Positions 23,601 through 37,893 of a stretch of DNA of 64,000 bases are shown piece by piece. The DNA lies in assembly GCF_004010195.1 (NCBI RefSeq), contig NC_057718.1, forward strand, positions 20,524,915-20,588,914, in the 5' to 3' direction. The notes beneath the pieces were generated by a model that worked only from the letters and a program-made list of their open reading frames with translations, was not told the origin of the DNA and ran no database searches. The position numbers were made by a program, and so were the translations under genes. Every line of letters begins with the position of its first letter. Within the stretch, counting starts at the first letter, position 1. The stretch comes from Chiloscyllium plagiosum. Taxonomy: Eukaryota.

Positions 23601-25178
23601 ATTTGATTAGTCTGGATCATGTTGACATAAATAGGGAAGATGTATTGGGTAGGCTAGAGGTTATTAAGGTGGACAAATCCCCAGGACCGGATGGGATCTA
23701 TCCCAGGTTGCTGAGGAAGATGAGAGAGGAAATAGCTGGGGCCCTGACAGATATCTTTGTGGCATCCTTAAATATAAGTGAGGTGCCGGAGGACTGGAGG
23801 GTTGCTCATGTTGTCTCCCTGTACAAGAAGGGTAGTAGGGATGTTCCTGGTAACTACAGACCAGTGAGCCTGACATCACTGATGGGAAAGTTATGGAGAA
23901 GGTACTGAGGGATAGGACCTATTTATATTTAGAAAAGAATGGTCTTATCAGTGATAGACAACATGATTTTGTGCGAGGGAGATCATGCCTTACCAATTTA
24001 ATAGAGTTCTTCAAGGAAGTGACCAAGTTGATAGATGAAGGAAGGGCTGTTGATGTCATACACATGGACTTTAGTAAGGTGTTTGATAAGGTTCCCCATG
24101 GTAGACTAATGGAGAAAATGAAGACACATGATGTGCAGGGTGTTATTGCTAGGTGGATAAAGAACTGGTTGAGCAACAGGAGACAGAGAGTAGTAGTTGA
24201 AGGGAGTTTCTCGAAATGGAGAAAGGTGACCGTGGTGGTTCCACAGGGGTCATTGTTGGGGCCACTGTTGTTTGTAATATACATTAATGATCTGGAAGAG
24301 GGCACTGTTGGTATGATCAGCAAGCTTGCAGATGACACGAAGATTGGTGGAGTAGCAGAAAGCATAAGGGACTGTCAGAGAATACAGGAGGATATAGATA
24401 GACTGAAGAGTTGGGCGGAAAAGTGGCAGATGGATTTCAATCCAGACAAATGTGAGGTGATGCATTTAGGCAAGACTAATTCTAGAGTGAATTATACAAT
24501 GAACGGAAGACCTTTGGGAAAAGTTGATAGGCAGAGAGATCTGGGCGTGCAGGTCCATTGTGGATAGAGTGGTAAAGAAGGCATATAGTATGCTTGCCTT
24601 CATTGGATGAGGTATTGAGTATAAGAGCTGGCATGTCATGTTAAAATTGTACAAGACAATGGTTCGACCACATTTAGAATACTGTGTATAATTCTGGTCA
24701 CCACATTACCAGAAGGAAGTGGACGCTTTGGAGAGGATGCAGAGAAGGTTTACAAGGATGTTGCCTGGGATAGAAGGTGATAGCTATGATGAGAGGTTGA
24801 GTAGGTTAGGTTTATTTTCATTAGAAAAAAGGATATTGAGGGGAGACCTGATTGAGATTTACAAAATCATGAAGGGTATAGACAGGGTGGATAGAGACAA
24901 GCTTTTTCCCAGGGCGAAGGATTCAATAACGAGAGGTCACGCTTTCAAGGTGAGAGGTGGAAAGTTTAAGGGGGATACACACAGCAAGTACTTCTCACAG
25001 AGGGTGGTGGGTGTTTGGAATGGTAGATTCATTTAAGATGCATCTGGACAGATGCATGAGAAGGTGGGGAGCAAAAGGATACAGATGCTTAGGAATTGAC
25101 TGACAGGTTTAGACAATACATTTGGATCGGCTCAGGTTTGGAGGGCCTGTAAATTTTCTTTGTTCTTTGTTCCTTGTA
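20633..25178 (+). mobile_element. Near full-length CR1 LINE (ORF1 20990-21937 zinc knuckle + SGNH esterase; ORF2 ~21940-25090 APE endonuclease + RT), inactivated
   Basis: ORF1 CxxC..CKKC and IVIGDSIVR...VHIGTND...DGLH. ORF2 YDVIAITETW, VVMGDF, SDHN, KSPGPDGI, PQGS, ADDTK. (ttctttg)n tail. Multiple stops and frameshifts; N-gap at 22282-22584. Confidence 0.95.
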
Positions 25179-25450
25179 TAATTCTCTGGCCTGATGCTGA
25201 AGCATCTGCAGGACCTTCTGATCAAGAATGAACCTGCAATTAACTCCTATGCCTGGCCTCATGTATAAACAAATGCTTGTTTGGTCTGTCCTCTTTTTAA
25301 CACAAGCTGTTACCCACAATTCAAAAGTTATCTTTCGCTCATAGCTCCCTATTCATTACTCCAAGTCAAAATAGATAAAAGAATAAAATTATGAAAAATC
25401 AGCGATGATTCTAAAAGTATTAAAATGCAAACCATTCACCAGTTGCTATT

Positions 25451-25761
25451 TTAGAATTAGAATCCCTATAGTGTAAAAACAGGCCCTTCGGCCCAACAAG
25501 TCCACATCAACCCTCTGAAGAGTAACCCACCCAGACCCATTTCCCCTACCCTATATTTACCCCTTACTAATAATCTACACTATGGGCAATTTAGCATGGC
25601 CAATTCACCTAACCTGCACATCTTTTGATCGTGGGAGTAAACCAATACAGACACAGAGAGAACGTGCAAACTCCACACAGACAGTCGCCCAAGGCTGGAA
25701 TTGAACCTAGGTCCCTGGTGCTGTGAGGCAGCAATGCTAACCATTGAGCCACTGTACCACC
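25451..25761 (-). mobile_element. HE1-type SINE
   Basis: Reverse-complement match to 8166-8503. Confidence 0.9.
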
Positions 25762-26271
25762 AATAACATTGGCTATTTTGCCTAGCCTCCCTGATACACA
25801 GTCTCAAAGTACATTGATGGATAACCATGATGAATAGGAATAAACACAAATCCATAATAAATACCTGATACAGGTATTTAACAAATTGGCTGTTTGATGT
25901 CCATGGTTGTGACATTTGGTCCACAAAAAAGCATCCCAGTGAGAAGAGTCAACAGATATCACTGGATGTATTTACAGTATACAATTCACACTAGCTTCAG
26001 GTCATTTTTCAAATGTAGCTATCCACATATTGTAATGTAAACTGTCAGATCATGTGCAGCAACTGTTTTTGCTGCAAGTAGCTTTAGGGAAATACATTAA
26101 AACTAACATAGTTGTAATGTTGGTTTTCCAAATTGAAAACATGACCTAGTTACAAAACCACACTTGAAAAAGGTATCACATAACAATAGAAAGGAGTTTG
26201 GTATATTTTTCAAAAATAAACTATAATTACTTAGGAGAAAGACAATTTATAGAATACATTGGTTTATAGTC

Positions 26272-27118
26272 TGTTACAACTGTAGTTGGAGGTGTGCACT
26301 GTTTTTCTCTAGCTCCACAGTGCCACAAAATATATTTAAACATTTCACTCATTTATCAAGATAGCCAGTTATGTACTTGATCTATATTAGTTTCAGGACA
26401 AATTATCTGTCAAGCAATATTTTTTATTAAATAATAAAAATATTGATTTATTGTTACAAGATTTGTTCAACAAAGATGCAAAAGCTGTTTAATGCACAGT
26501 TTGAAATATGAAAGTATAAATATTAAAGATTCCAAATAACCTAATGCATACTCAGAGGTTCATGAAACACAAAAGAAACTTCCTTTGCATGGATCAACTT
26601 TTTTTTTAGAAGTAATTGTTAATTCTTGAAGAAAAAGGATGGGATATAAAATATTCCAAATAGCATTCGGTCTCTCATCTTAGTATATGTCTGAGTGTCA
26701 CTGGACAAATATTGTAGTCAATGGAATTATTTAGAAGCAACTCATTCAGAAAATTGAAAATAAAATCTTCCAGAAGTTTCTCAGGAAAAGCATAGCATCA
26801 ATTTTCCACGTCCCACACTGGACTCTGAACGGTTTTCCTAAAAAGATAGGAAAGGATGGGTTAGGTGACTTTCTTCTTAGGCTACATTTATATGCTTTTT
26901 CTCAAAATATCAAAAAGAAAAATCAAAATATCTGACGGCCATAAACCCAGAAAAATTACTCCTATTGGAAACATGTCCAAGAAGTTTCATAGTCTATCAG
27001 GCTCTAGCTGTTTATTCGTCTGTTCAAGCAAGTGTTGTTTTTTAAAGGCCCATTAATCTTTTTTTGAAAAAAGCAAATGCATGGTCTCCGCAGACTTTCA
27101 AAGTAATCAAATTTCACA
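26272..27118. mobile_element. Possible solo LTR
   Basis: TGTTAC...TTCACA termini and composition similar to the LTR at 11403-12012. No TSD found. Confidence 0.25.
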
Positions 27119-27809
27119 ATATTTAAAACAAGAGTCCTCAAACAAACATAATAAAAGCACCTTCATCATACTGATTTTCAAAAAATAGTTCAATACAGCA
27201 GAGAAAAAGGTCCTTCAGCCTACCATGTTTAATTGTGAAACTGTTCCATTGGAAACTTCTGCTACAATGCTGGTATGGCTCAAATGCATGAGGTAAACTA
27301 ATAGTCATGAATTCTGTTTCATAAAATTGATAAATATTTATACACTCAGTGCCTCAATATTCTCTAGCAGCTCTATTACTGTAATTTTCTTTATCTTAAT
27401 ATTTTGAGTTTGAGCATAGATTCCTATTTTGGATGGGTCATGCCATTTTTTATTCTAACGAATATTGAGGAGATGAAGAACAATTTTTCAACAGCTATAG
27501 ATATGATAATCTATTATCTTAGAACCATACTTAGTTAACTATTGCTAAAATATGAAAAATCAATATTGAAATGTATCACAAAACATGCCCTGTACTCTTT
27601 CTGAATCTTTATAATGTAGAATTATGTACAAATCGGTTTATTAAATACCTAAAAATATCTGTGTTGATAGTTGCCATCTATAGTTGTACACAGAGCCATT
27701 AGTTTAAACAATGTAAAGGAAAACCTTTGCCTTGCTAAGAACATGTCTGTAAAAAGCTGTGGTTGTCACAGCAATAAAATAAGTGATATAAAAATAATAA
27801 GAGGTAAGA

Positions 27810-28430
27810 AAAGCACAGAATCACAGAATTGTTACAGTGCAGATGGAGAATATTTGGCCCATTGTGTCTCCAACGCGCTCTGAATGAGCAATTCACCTTG
27901 TGTGGTTGTCCCCATAACCCAACATTGTTCACCTTTTTCAGATACTATTCCAACTCTCTTTTGAATGGCTCAATTAAATGTCTCCATGCTCTGAGGGAGA
28001 ACTTACTGTGAACATGTTTCTGCTCAGACCTCTACTGCTTCTTTTCCTAATTACTTTAAATCTGTACTCACTCATCTCAATCCTTTCATATGTAGAAATA
28101 GTTTTTCTGTATTTACTCTCTCTGGAATGTTTGAATTTTGAACAACTGTATCAAGTGGAAACCAGTCACAACTTTGTTAATTTAGCTACATAACTGAAGC
28201 TCCTTACACCTGACACCATTCTCGTGAACCTTTTCTACACAGCCTCTAATGCCTTTAAATTTTCTGTAAAGTGTACTGCCCAGACTAGATGTAGAGCTAT
28301 GGTGTTATAGAGAAACTTAACAAAATCTACTTGCTCACGTATTTTATGCCCTTATTTGTAAATCCAAGAATTTTGAATGCTTTATTAATTGCTCTCTCAA
28401 CTTGTCCTGCCACATTCAATGATTTATGCA
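27810..28430 (-). mobile_element. Old CR1 3' fragment
   Basis: cacagaatcacagaattgttacagtgcag tail plus degraded ORF2 C-terminus. Confidence 0.65.
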
Positions 28431-29194
28431 CACACAGAAGCAAATTATTACAAAATGCACAAGCATATGAATTCGTCTGGAATGGTGAAATGGATAGAAT
28501 GGCTTTCTTGGATAGTTTTCTTAATTTAACTCCTCTATCCCTGACTACTCTTTCTCACACTTGAGGGTTCTGACTTTTCAGATAATTCTACAGTTACAGC
28601 TACTCAATCCGAGGCAGTTAGTGAACAGCCTAAGATAGCAGCCTTGAAACCCATTAGATTTTTAGAAGCTCTCATAAAATACATTTCTTTGTATTGGTGG
28701 CAGTTAATCTAGCCACGCCATCTCAGATGACACTGGTGGGCACAACCACATCATGTGCCAATAACAATTTTCACATTCCTGAAGTGAGCCGTTATTTCTC
28801 CTATGATTCTGGAAACTGAACTTCCAGTTGATAGATGAAAGGGTGGGATGACAATATTTCACAAATATATTTATCACAACAAACTAGAAGCACTATTGAT
28901 TAAGCACTATTATTTTAGGCAACTTCTACTGTAAATGACAATCCAGAACATTCTCCTTCTACTTTTAACACAATCAAAAAACTCACTTACAATGGACCCT
29001 AAGTAGTCATTTGATTTCCAATTTCCAGTCTGAAGTGATTCATCTCTCAATGATTAATCTCTGTTTTGTTTCTTTCCCTGTATTTAACTCTAGAACTGTC
29101 TCGCATGGTGAGGGCTTTGCCTGGTAAATCTTGCAAGCTTGGTGAATTTTCCAGTCTCATTTCAAATCCTCAGAAACTCTATCTTCTCAATTAA

Positions 29195-29680
29195 TTCAGA
29201 GAATGTTTACTAGACTGATAACTGGAATTGGTGAGTTGTATTGTGAGGAAAGGTTAGATAGGCTAGACTTGTATCCACTGAAGTTTAAAAGAATAAGAGA
29301 CAACTTGCTCAAAGCAAATAAGATCCAGAGTGGTCTTAATAGGATAGATATGGAAAAGTTTTCCCTCTTATGAGAAATTCTAGAATGAAGGGTCACCATT
29401 TAAATTAAAGGTTGCCTATTTGAAACAGAAATGAGGAGAATTTATTTTCTCACTGAGGGTCATGAGTGTTTGGAACTCTCTTCCTCAAAAGGCAATGGAA
29501 GCTGGGTCTTTAAATATTTTTAAGGCTGAAGTGAATAAATTTATGTTAAGCAAGGGGGTGAAAGGTCATTAAGAGTAGGCAGGAATGTAGAGTAATCAGA
29601 GCAGCCATAATCTTATTGAATGGTAGAGCAGACGTCATAGGATATGTGGTCTCCTCCTGCTCTTAATTCATATGTTTGTA
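29195..29680 (+). mobile_element. Old CR1 3' fragment
   Basis: RMFTRLITG..LDRLDLYPLKFKRIRDNL..FFSLRVMSVWNSLP; tail ctcctcctgctcttaattcatatg. Confidence 0.8.
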
Positions 29681-32425
29681 TATTGTACAACTATTTAGCA
29701 AGCTGTTAAAATAATGAATTATGAATTTCCTTGGGTGTGCTGCTACTCCACTGCTGAAACTTCACCAGAAGTGCAGAAATCCAGTTTAAATATATATGTG
29801 AATTACATAGTAACAGGATTTCTGTCATATTTCTAGTGAAATGACAGTGAAGAGCAGAAACCATTCTGCGGAAATTCCCATCTCCAAACTTCACTTCTTC
29901 TGTTTTCTGATGTAATCTAAGTAGAGCGTACAATGTCTACAAAAACTAACATAGGGGCCTGGCTGTATAGAAGGAGTTGAACTTGTTTGTCAAGCTGATT
30001 TTTAAAAAAAGATTTCTCTTTAGTGCCTAACATCTCTGTTGCATGTACTGACAAATTACTGTGTAAGAGACAAAATATGGAAACTCTTGTGTCGGCTAAA
30101 TGAAGAAATATGATATGATTGAATGAAAAATGCATCTCCATCTGCCTGGAAACTCTGTACAAAGGCCTCATTGAAATCTAAGTTGTAAAGACATGTTGTT
30201 GTACCAGTTTGGGATATAAATCATTCAAATATAATTGGAAACAGCCATATTGATAAAGCTCTATGTAATTTCTCTTTGTTCCAAACATGACAAGAACTGC
30301 CAATCAAAATATAAATACAATTAATTTCAAAAGTAAATTTTAAAAGTCTTTGTATCATATATCTTGTAGGAGGTGGGTTCATTAAAGGCTGAGGCTTTTG
30401 TACACTTAGAAATGGTGACTTAAATGTATAGCAACAGTCACATTATGCTGGTATATGTAATATGACATATGAAATATTTTTCCACTATGTTTTTTTTTAA
30501 ATTTACTTTTCTTTAAGTCTCTGGTATTTAGGATTCAGCATTTGATCGAAAGGGAAGCAGTTGCTTGACCCAATGTCCATGCTGAGTCTGCTCTGTAACT
30601 CTCCACAAAGAGGTGAATGAACAATTTTACTTGGCCCCATATTTCTGATCATAGTATATAGTGTCATATTTATTCTTTCTTACTGCCCTTAAGTTTCAAG
30701 GCACAACTACTTACAACTATTTGGACATCTTTTTATGATATAGTACCAAGGTATGAAGAATACAGATTTAATTTCAATTGGAGTGACAAATGTACCATGT
30801 CTGGAATGAAATCTGGAAGGAAAATAGAAAAGATATTTGCTCCTCATTTCTGTTCAGTGATCTCCAAAGAGAACAGACTCAGTTTTGTCCTCAATGACTG
30901 AATAATCTGTTGAATCTCATTATCTAAGCTTATATTTTCAGTTCATTTCTCATTGGCCACCCACACCAAATTGCTGTTGCCAGTCAGTTAATAATGCATC
31001 ACCTTATTACCTAGAAGTGCAGAATATTTTCCTTATAGAGACTTTGCAATTGCAAACTATGAAAGAGGTATAAGTTTGTCTGCGGGTTTTGCCTGGATCA
31101 TCAGTATGTGTAAAGTAACACATTTAGTCATGCATCATTGGCCCACATCTTCATGTCACTGCAACCAAAATCTTGAACCCCACCATACATCAGGTTCCTA
31201 GTTCACCATATACATGACCACTGGTATGACACTGAAGTATTAAATAAGCTAACCACTCAGGATTGTGTAAAGTTCGCAATTTCTGCACAGGCAAATGACA
31301 TGTGAAAGGAAGAGTGCACCCTCCTAATAAATCTTTATGTAAGTTCTAAAATTACCAATGTGTAAGCTCTGTAAATGGCAATAACATTTTTTTTTAAAAC
31401 CCGCTCATATATTAATTACAAGTGACAAATTATTCACATAAGCTTTATGGGTAGAATTTAATGTTCGTAGTGTCAGGCCCTGATGAGCCAATGACAAATC
31501 ATTTGTGACCATTCCTGGTCATCCTTATCCAATATAATGTGAATCAGGCACTAGTCTGTTGGCATTGCATCTTTGTTGTCTTCAAGGTGGATGCCTTGCC
31601 TCCAAGCGCTGCTGACTAACCATAGAAAACCCCTCTGGGGGTAGAGGCCACTGCTTGTACTCTAGTAGGGTTTTAAATCGGAATCATTTGTGGACCCCTA
31701 GAGTAAAGTTAGGTGAGATAGGATTACAGAGACCAGTTGGGTGGCCCCATAAGTGGTCAGTTTAAAAAGTAGGCAGGGAACTTTGAAAGTGGGTATCCCC
31801 TGCAGCCAGATGGCCTCTCCATGGAACATGGCCTTCTCAAGTACAAGGATTTACAACTTCCCACCCCCAACTCACAAATATTGACAACCCATTTGCTAGC
31901 AAGTAGTGAATATATGTTAAAGCCCTCGCAGTACTACCAGCAGTGGCAGGATCAGAACTTTAAGTAGCCTCTGGATGGAAAGTCTGTCCTTGAACATTTG
32001 TGCTTCAAACTAAATCAGGGAAAGTTGTGAAAGTGACAGGGACTTCAAACTGGACATTCCTTTTGAAATATATGTCCCTCCAAATACCTTCCACCCTGAC
32101 AGCAGAGAAAACATTACCTAAATTAATAAATAATAATTAATTAATTAATAATAGATGACAAAGAATTGGGATAGAGGGAGCATTTTCAGGAAGGCAACCT
32201 GTAACTGTGCCGGGGCCACAATTATTTACAAAAAATCTTAATGACTTGTACATATTATCATCAGAGTTTGAGATGACACTAAAATAGGTGTGAAGGCAAA
32301 TAGTGATGACACAGAGTCCACTGTGGGATATAGACAGATTAAATTAGTGGGCATAACCTTGCCAAATGGAATATGGTGTAGGTTATACACTTTGTCAGGA
32401 AGAATAGAATAGTTGAACACTATTT

Positions 32426-32980
32426 AGAGTCATAAAGATGTACAGCATGGAAACAGACCCATCGGTCTAACTCGTCCATGCCAACCAGATATCCCAACTA
32501 ATCTAGTCCCATTTACCATCACTTGGCCATATCCCTCTAAACCCTTCCTATTCATATATCCATCCAGATGCCTTTTAAATGTTGCAATTGTACCAGCCTC
32601 CACCACTTCCTCTGGCAGCTCATTCCATACATACACCACTCTCTGCATGAAAAAGTTGCCCCTTAGGCCCCTTTTATATCTTTCTCCTCTCACCCAAAAC
32701 CTATGCCATCTTGTTCTTGACTCCCCCAATCCAGGGAAAAGACTTGGTCTGTTTACCCTATCCATGTCCCTCGTGATTTTATAAACCTCTATAAGGTCAC
32801 CCCTCAGCCTCCAACGTTCCTGGGAAAACAGCCCCAGCCTATTCGGCCTCTCCCTATAGCTCAAATCTTCCAACCCTGGCAACATTCTTGTAAATCTTTT
32901 CTGAACCTTTTCAAGTTCCATAACAATAGGAAGGAGACCAGAATTGCACACAATATTCCAAAAGTAGCCGAACCAACATC
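32426..32980 (-). mobile_element. HER1/CR1 3' fragment nested in an older plus-strand CR1 (~32145-33390)
   Basis: ORF LEKVQKRFTRMLPGLEDLSYRER..RGDLIEVYK..WNELPEEVVEAG. The host CR1 continues on both sides. Confidence 0.9.
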
Positions 32981-33869
32981 AGTTTCAGCAGGTAATAGGG
33001 AAGGCAAATGGAGTGTTGGCCTTTATTTAAAAGGGAATGGATATAAAACTTGCGAAGTCTTGCAGAGACTATACAAGGTACTAGTGAAAGCACACACACA
33101 ATTCTGAATAGTTTTGGTCCCCTTATCTAAGCAAGGTATACTGACAGAGATGGTTCACTAGGTTGATTGAAGGGAATTTCTTATGAAGAGAGGTTGACTA
33201 AGTTGAGCCTTTACTCATTGTTATTTAGAAGAATGAGAGGCGAATCATATAAGATGTTGAAACATATTGAAACAGGTAAGATTCTTAGGGGGCTTGACAG
33301 GGTGGATACTGAGAGGTTACTTCCCCTTGTGGGAGAGTCTATAACCAGCAGGCATAATGTCAGACTAATGGATCGCCCATTTGGGGCTTAATTTCAGTTT
33401 TTTGGCTAAACGCAAATCTTACTTAGTTTATTGCATTGATTCTTGCCACGAAGCTGAGCAAGTTATCTCACCAATCTTGCTGTATTAATTGCCATTGCCA
33501 CCCTATTGGAGAGTATCATGTTTGATTTCTGTCCCATCTTACCATGTGTTGTTCCCGGAATAACTCATTCTTCACCAGATATCTGTCCTAAAACTAGTGT
33601 CACTTACGTTGTTCTATCCTTGCGAGAGCCCAGTGCATGCCTGGAGGTGTGTTGACATTGGGCAGCTACCCTATTAATTTCTGGGGACTGAGGACAAATT
33701 GCATAGAAGGGAAATTAGCATCATGATTCTCTAATAGGAACCATGTATACCTGATTGACAATGATGCAAAAGGAGGACCATCCTCTTCCCAGAGTACCAC
33801 AGGAAGCAAGGCACCACAGCACACCATGGAGATGAACACCTGGGTTTGTGCCATCTCAAGGATATAGTT

Positions 33870-34930
33870 GCAGTGCCGGGATTCAGGATTTTGACCCAAC
33901 GACATTGTAGGAACGGCAATATACTCCCAAGTCAGGATGCTGAGTGCCTTGGAGGGGAAATTGCAGGTGGTTGTATTCCCCATGTATCTGCTGCACTTGT
34001 CCTTCCAGATGGCAGTGGTTTTAGAAGGTACTGAGTTTAGAAGGTATTGTCTCAGGCTTATTGGCTGTGTCATGCACTTTGTAGTTGGTACACTCTGCTA
34101 CTGATGTTGATAATTGGGTAACTGAGTGTTTGTGGAAGTGATGACAATAAAGCAGGATGCTTTGTCTTGGATGATGTCTAACTTGTTGTGTTGTTGGAGC
34201 TCCACTCATACAGGCAAGTGGAGAATATTCTATCACACTCCTGATGTGCCAAGTAGATGGCGCACAGGCTTTGGGGAGTCAGTGAATGATTTACTCACAG
34301 CAGTATTCCTAGCCTCTGACCTGCTGTTACAGCTATTATATTTACATGACAAGCCCAGTTCATTTTATGATCAATGGTAACCCCCAGAATCTTGATTGTG
34401 GGACATTCAGTTTTGGCTATGCCTTTGAATGTCAAGGAGCGATGGTTGAATTCCCTCTTGTTGGAGATGTTCATTGCCTGAGATTTATGTGGTATGAATA
34501 TTATTTGCCACTTTCCATCCCAAGCCTGGATATTGTCCAGGTTCTAGGACATAGCCCCAAGGAATTAGATTAGATTAGATAACTTACAGCGTGGAAACAG
34601 GCCCTTCGGCCCAACAAGTCCACACCGCCCCGCCGAAGTGCAACCCACCCATACCCCTACATGTACCCCTTACCTAACACTATAGGCAATTTAGCATGGC
34701 CAATTCACCTGACCTGCACATCTTTGGATTGTGGGAGGAAACCGGAGCACCCGGAGGAAACCCACGCAGACACGGGGAGAACGTGCAAACTCCACACAGT
34801 CAGTCGCCTGAGGCGGGAATTGAACCCAGGTCTCTGGCGCTGTGAGGCAGCAGTGCTAACCACTGCCACCGTGCCGCCCACTAATTCTTGTTGGGATGTC
34901 CTGGAGCTGAGATGACTCACCTTCAAGACT
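33870..34930 (-). mobile_element. LINE family B fragment interrupted by an HE1 SINE
   Basis: Homologous to 7325-8660. Confidence 0.75.
34564..34879 (-). mobile_element. HE1-type SINE, full length, young
   Basis: Near-identical reverse complement of 8166-8503; CpGs retained. Confidence 0.93.
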
Positions 34931-35699
34931 CTTCAAGAGGCATTTATTTTAAACAGACTTTTCACAGTACAAGCTGAAGTAATGTGTAATCATATTACCT
35001 TGCATTTGAAATACATGCAGTGTCCAACTGTGTGTGATACAACTCCTGCTTACAAGCAATCCTGACCAACTCATTGGTCATTGCAGATCATAATCATCTT
35101 TCTGAAGTAAATGTTATTACAGAAGATCTTAAAAAGTGGCACCCATGGGTTATAATTCACAAAGATAATTTGAGATCTCAAAAACTGCACAAGTGCATGG
35201 GGCAGATTTCCTCTTGCTTTGTACATGTTCACTAACATGCTCTTATATCCAATTCTGCCTTTGTTGGGTGATGAGGGGATTGGGCTGGTAGAGATCAAGA
35301 TATCATAAATCATAAAGCGCTTACAGTCTCCTACAGTATTTCTGCAGTGTGGCTTCTGCTGCATTAATCACAATAAGGTCCCTATGTCAAAGATCTGTGT
35401 AGAAGCATTGCAGACCCTCCTTGTCAGAATCCTCCATGTCCCACTGTATGGAGAACTGTGCTAAGCCATGATGCGGGTGATACAAATACTGACTGCTTAT
35501 ATTACGTAGAACCTGTTCTGTCTTTGACTTTCTCCAGACAGGTTCAGTGGAACTGTAGCCAATGGATCCAACCATAACAGGGGTTATTGTCACTGTTGCT
35601 GTAGTCCAATGAAGGCTCAGAGGATAGAGGAGGAATAGAAGCACCAGTCATTTCAGGACCAGCAGTAACTTCCAGCAGCTGCTGAACAGCCTCCATGTG

Positions 35700-36730
35700 A
35701 GGAAATTGCAGTTGAAGGTCCTCTTGCACAGGAAACACAGCAGAGGCTCAGACCCTATTGTCCTTGATGCCATTTTCTCCAGATGAGTGAGGCACAGCCT
35801 GTGAACATCCCAGGACACTGTCATAGAACTGTGCCAACTGCTGGAGTGGGTCCTGGGACCTGAAGGTATGGGTGGCGATCTTATCCCAGTGGTTGTCAAG
35901 GTTACAGCTAAACTAAACTTTCATTTAACTGGCTGCTTGCAAGAATCCACTAGGAACTGGTGTGGGATCTCACAGTTCTCAGTTCACAAATATATCAAAG
36001 CTGATACTGATGTAATTTTTGCCAGAACTATTGCTTCATCATTGTTCCCCGTGATGATGTCAGTGCTGCAGCCTGGGAAGATGTGTTGGCTTCTCTCAGC
36101 TACAGGATATTACAGACTATACACAAATCATGTTGAGGGAACTATTTTGTAATGTGGCTGACTTGATCAACAGAAGTGTTTCCATTCCATCAACTAACAA
36201 GTCAACTGTGATCATCGGTACCACATCTTAGAATTGTGTGGCAGGTACCCTGGGACCTGGTATGACACCTATATCCTTCAGAACTCCCATGTTCCTGCTT
36301 ATTTTCAAGAAGCACATGTCTTACAAGAATGGTTACAGGGAGAAAAGCACAACCATGACTGATGACCTGTTAAAGCAACCCACTAACTGAGGCTGACAAT
36401 AGATGTAATACTGCCCATTTTGTAATCACAGCAACCATGGAGTAGACAATAGGTGTTCAAAAGTTATGGAGCTGATGCTCAGACAGGTCAGTGGTGATGG
36501 AGGTAGTGGTGAGAGGTGTAGGCGGTTTGGGAGAGAGCCTTCCAGTACAGTTCAAACAGAGTATGCCACACAATTCTAGTGAGGATGCGCTCTGTACAAC
36601 TGGAGAAAGTAAAGAGGAGATGCAACGGGCTCTAAAGAGCTGGGAGAATGGCAGCAGTCTTTCAAGAAGAAAGATGAAGACACTGAGCAGTAAGAATGTC
36701 ACTTTCTAGACAGAGTGCTATAGCATCAGC
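35700..36730 (+). pseudogene. Decayed PIF/Harbinger transposase (HARBI1-like)
   Basis: FLQMSE..TVIELCQLL..GGDLIPVVVKVTAKLNFHLTGCLQ..CGISQ; CFHSIN*QVNCDH..CGRYPGTWYDTYILQNS..WLQGEK; E*TIGV..DRS. Many stops. Confidence 0.8.
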
Positions 36731-37893
36731 ACAACAGCCAGACAGAACTGAATTGACACCCAGTTTCATTAGATGTGATCTGGGTGCAGTGATCATTCCT
36801 TGTCTCTAAAGTTGTTGTTGCTCGAAAGGCATGCATTCCCTGTATTTTTTGTTTGTTTTTCCTTTGCTGTTTTTGATTAATAAAAGTGCACATTTGCAAT
36901 TCTTTGAAGCATTCCAATGTGTGATATTCCCAATGAGAAGATATTAGACTACACTGACTGTCAGGAAAAGAGTAGTACTCAATTAGACAGACTTCTAAGT
37001 GAAGATGATGCTACAGAAGAGTATTCTTTGTAGCTCAGTTCTTAAATAGTGATACAATTACGTATATGTACTTGCTTTGCCATGAACTGTTAGCCTTTTC
37101 ACCTATGTGGCCTGAGAAAGATTTCTTTTTTGTTCCCCTCCCATTACGTGCACTGTGAAGTATAGCTCCAGGTTGGTAATACTTGACCTAGTGCACAGCT
37201 GGTCTTTAATAATGGTGCTGATGCTGGGAAACCCAGGTGGTCCTGGTAGTGGTGAGTACTTCCATCATTACCGAGCACATGATAGCAGCAGTAGGGAGTC
37301 ATAGATGCATGGTGCATAGGTAACGAGAAGAGTGTATGAGAAAATTAGGTAGGTCCACAGAGAGCAGCCCTCCAAGAAATTCCCTAAACTTGACACTTAG
37401 ACAATTTCTGGTAAAATTTAGCCTTCTGTCTTTGTTCTTGCCTAAAGACTTTTACCCCACCCTTTGCCAGTTGTGATGAAAATTCAATATCCTGAAATAT
37501 AAACTGTTTTTCACTATATGTATGTTGCTTGGCCTTTTCAGCAGTTATTGGAATTTGATACTTATATGTTATCACCTGAAGTTAAAAGAATAACTGAAAA
37601 GCAAAAAAAGAGTCAGTCAGTTTTCAATTTATTCATTTTGCAAAGATTGCAAACAAGCTTTTTTATCTACTTTTAAGATAACTATTTAAAAAATTAAAAA
37701 GGAACAACAGATCAAGATGGCCATTTTTATTGCATCACCTAAAAGTTGCAATTATCTTTAGTATAATTGTAGCCTTTCAATTACACAAACAACTTTAATT
37801 AATGATGAATTATCCCCAGAGGTGACTGTATACAAAGAAAATGGAGAGATATACTTTACAAAACATCAAACATGTGTCTATTTGCCTCATTGT

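Noticed and set aside
31478..31510. ctgatgag as a hammerhead or snoRNA box
   Set aside because: No supporting structure; it lies in a probable degraded MITE.
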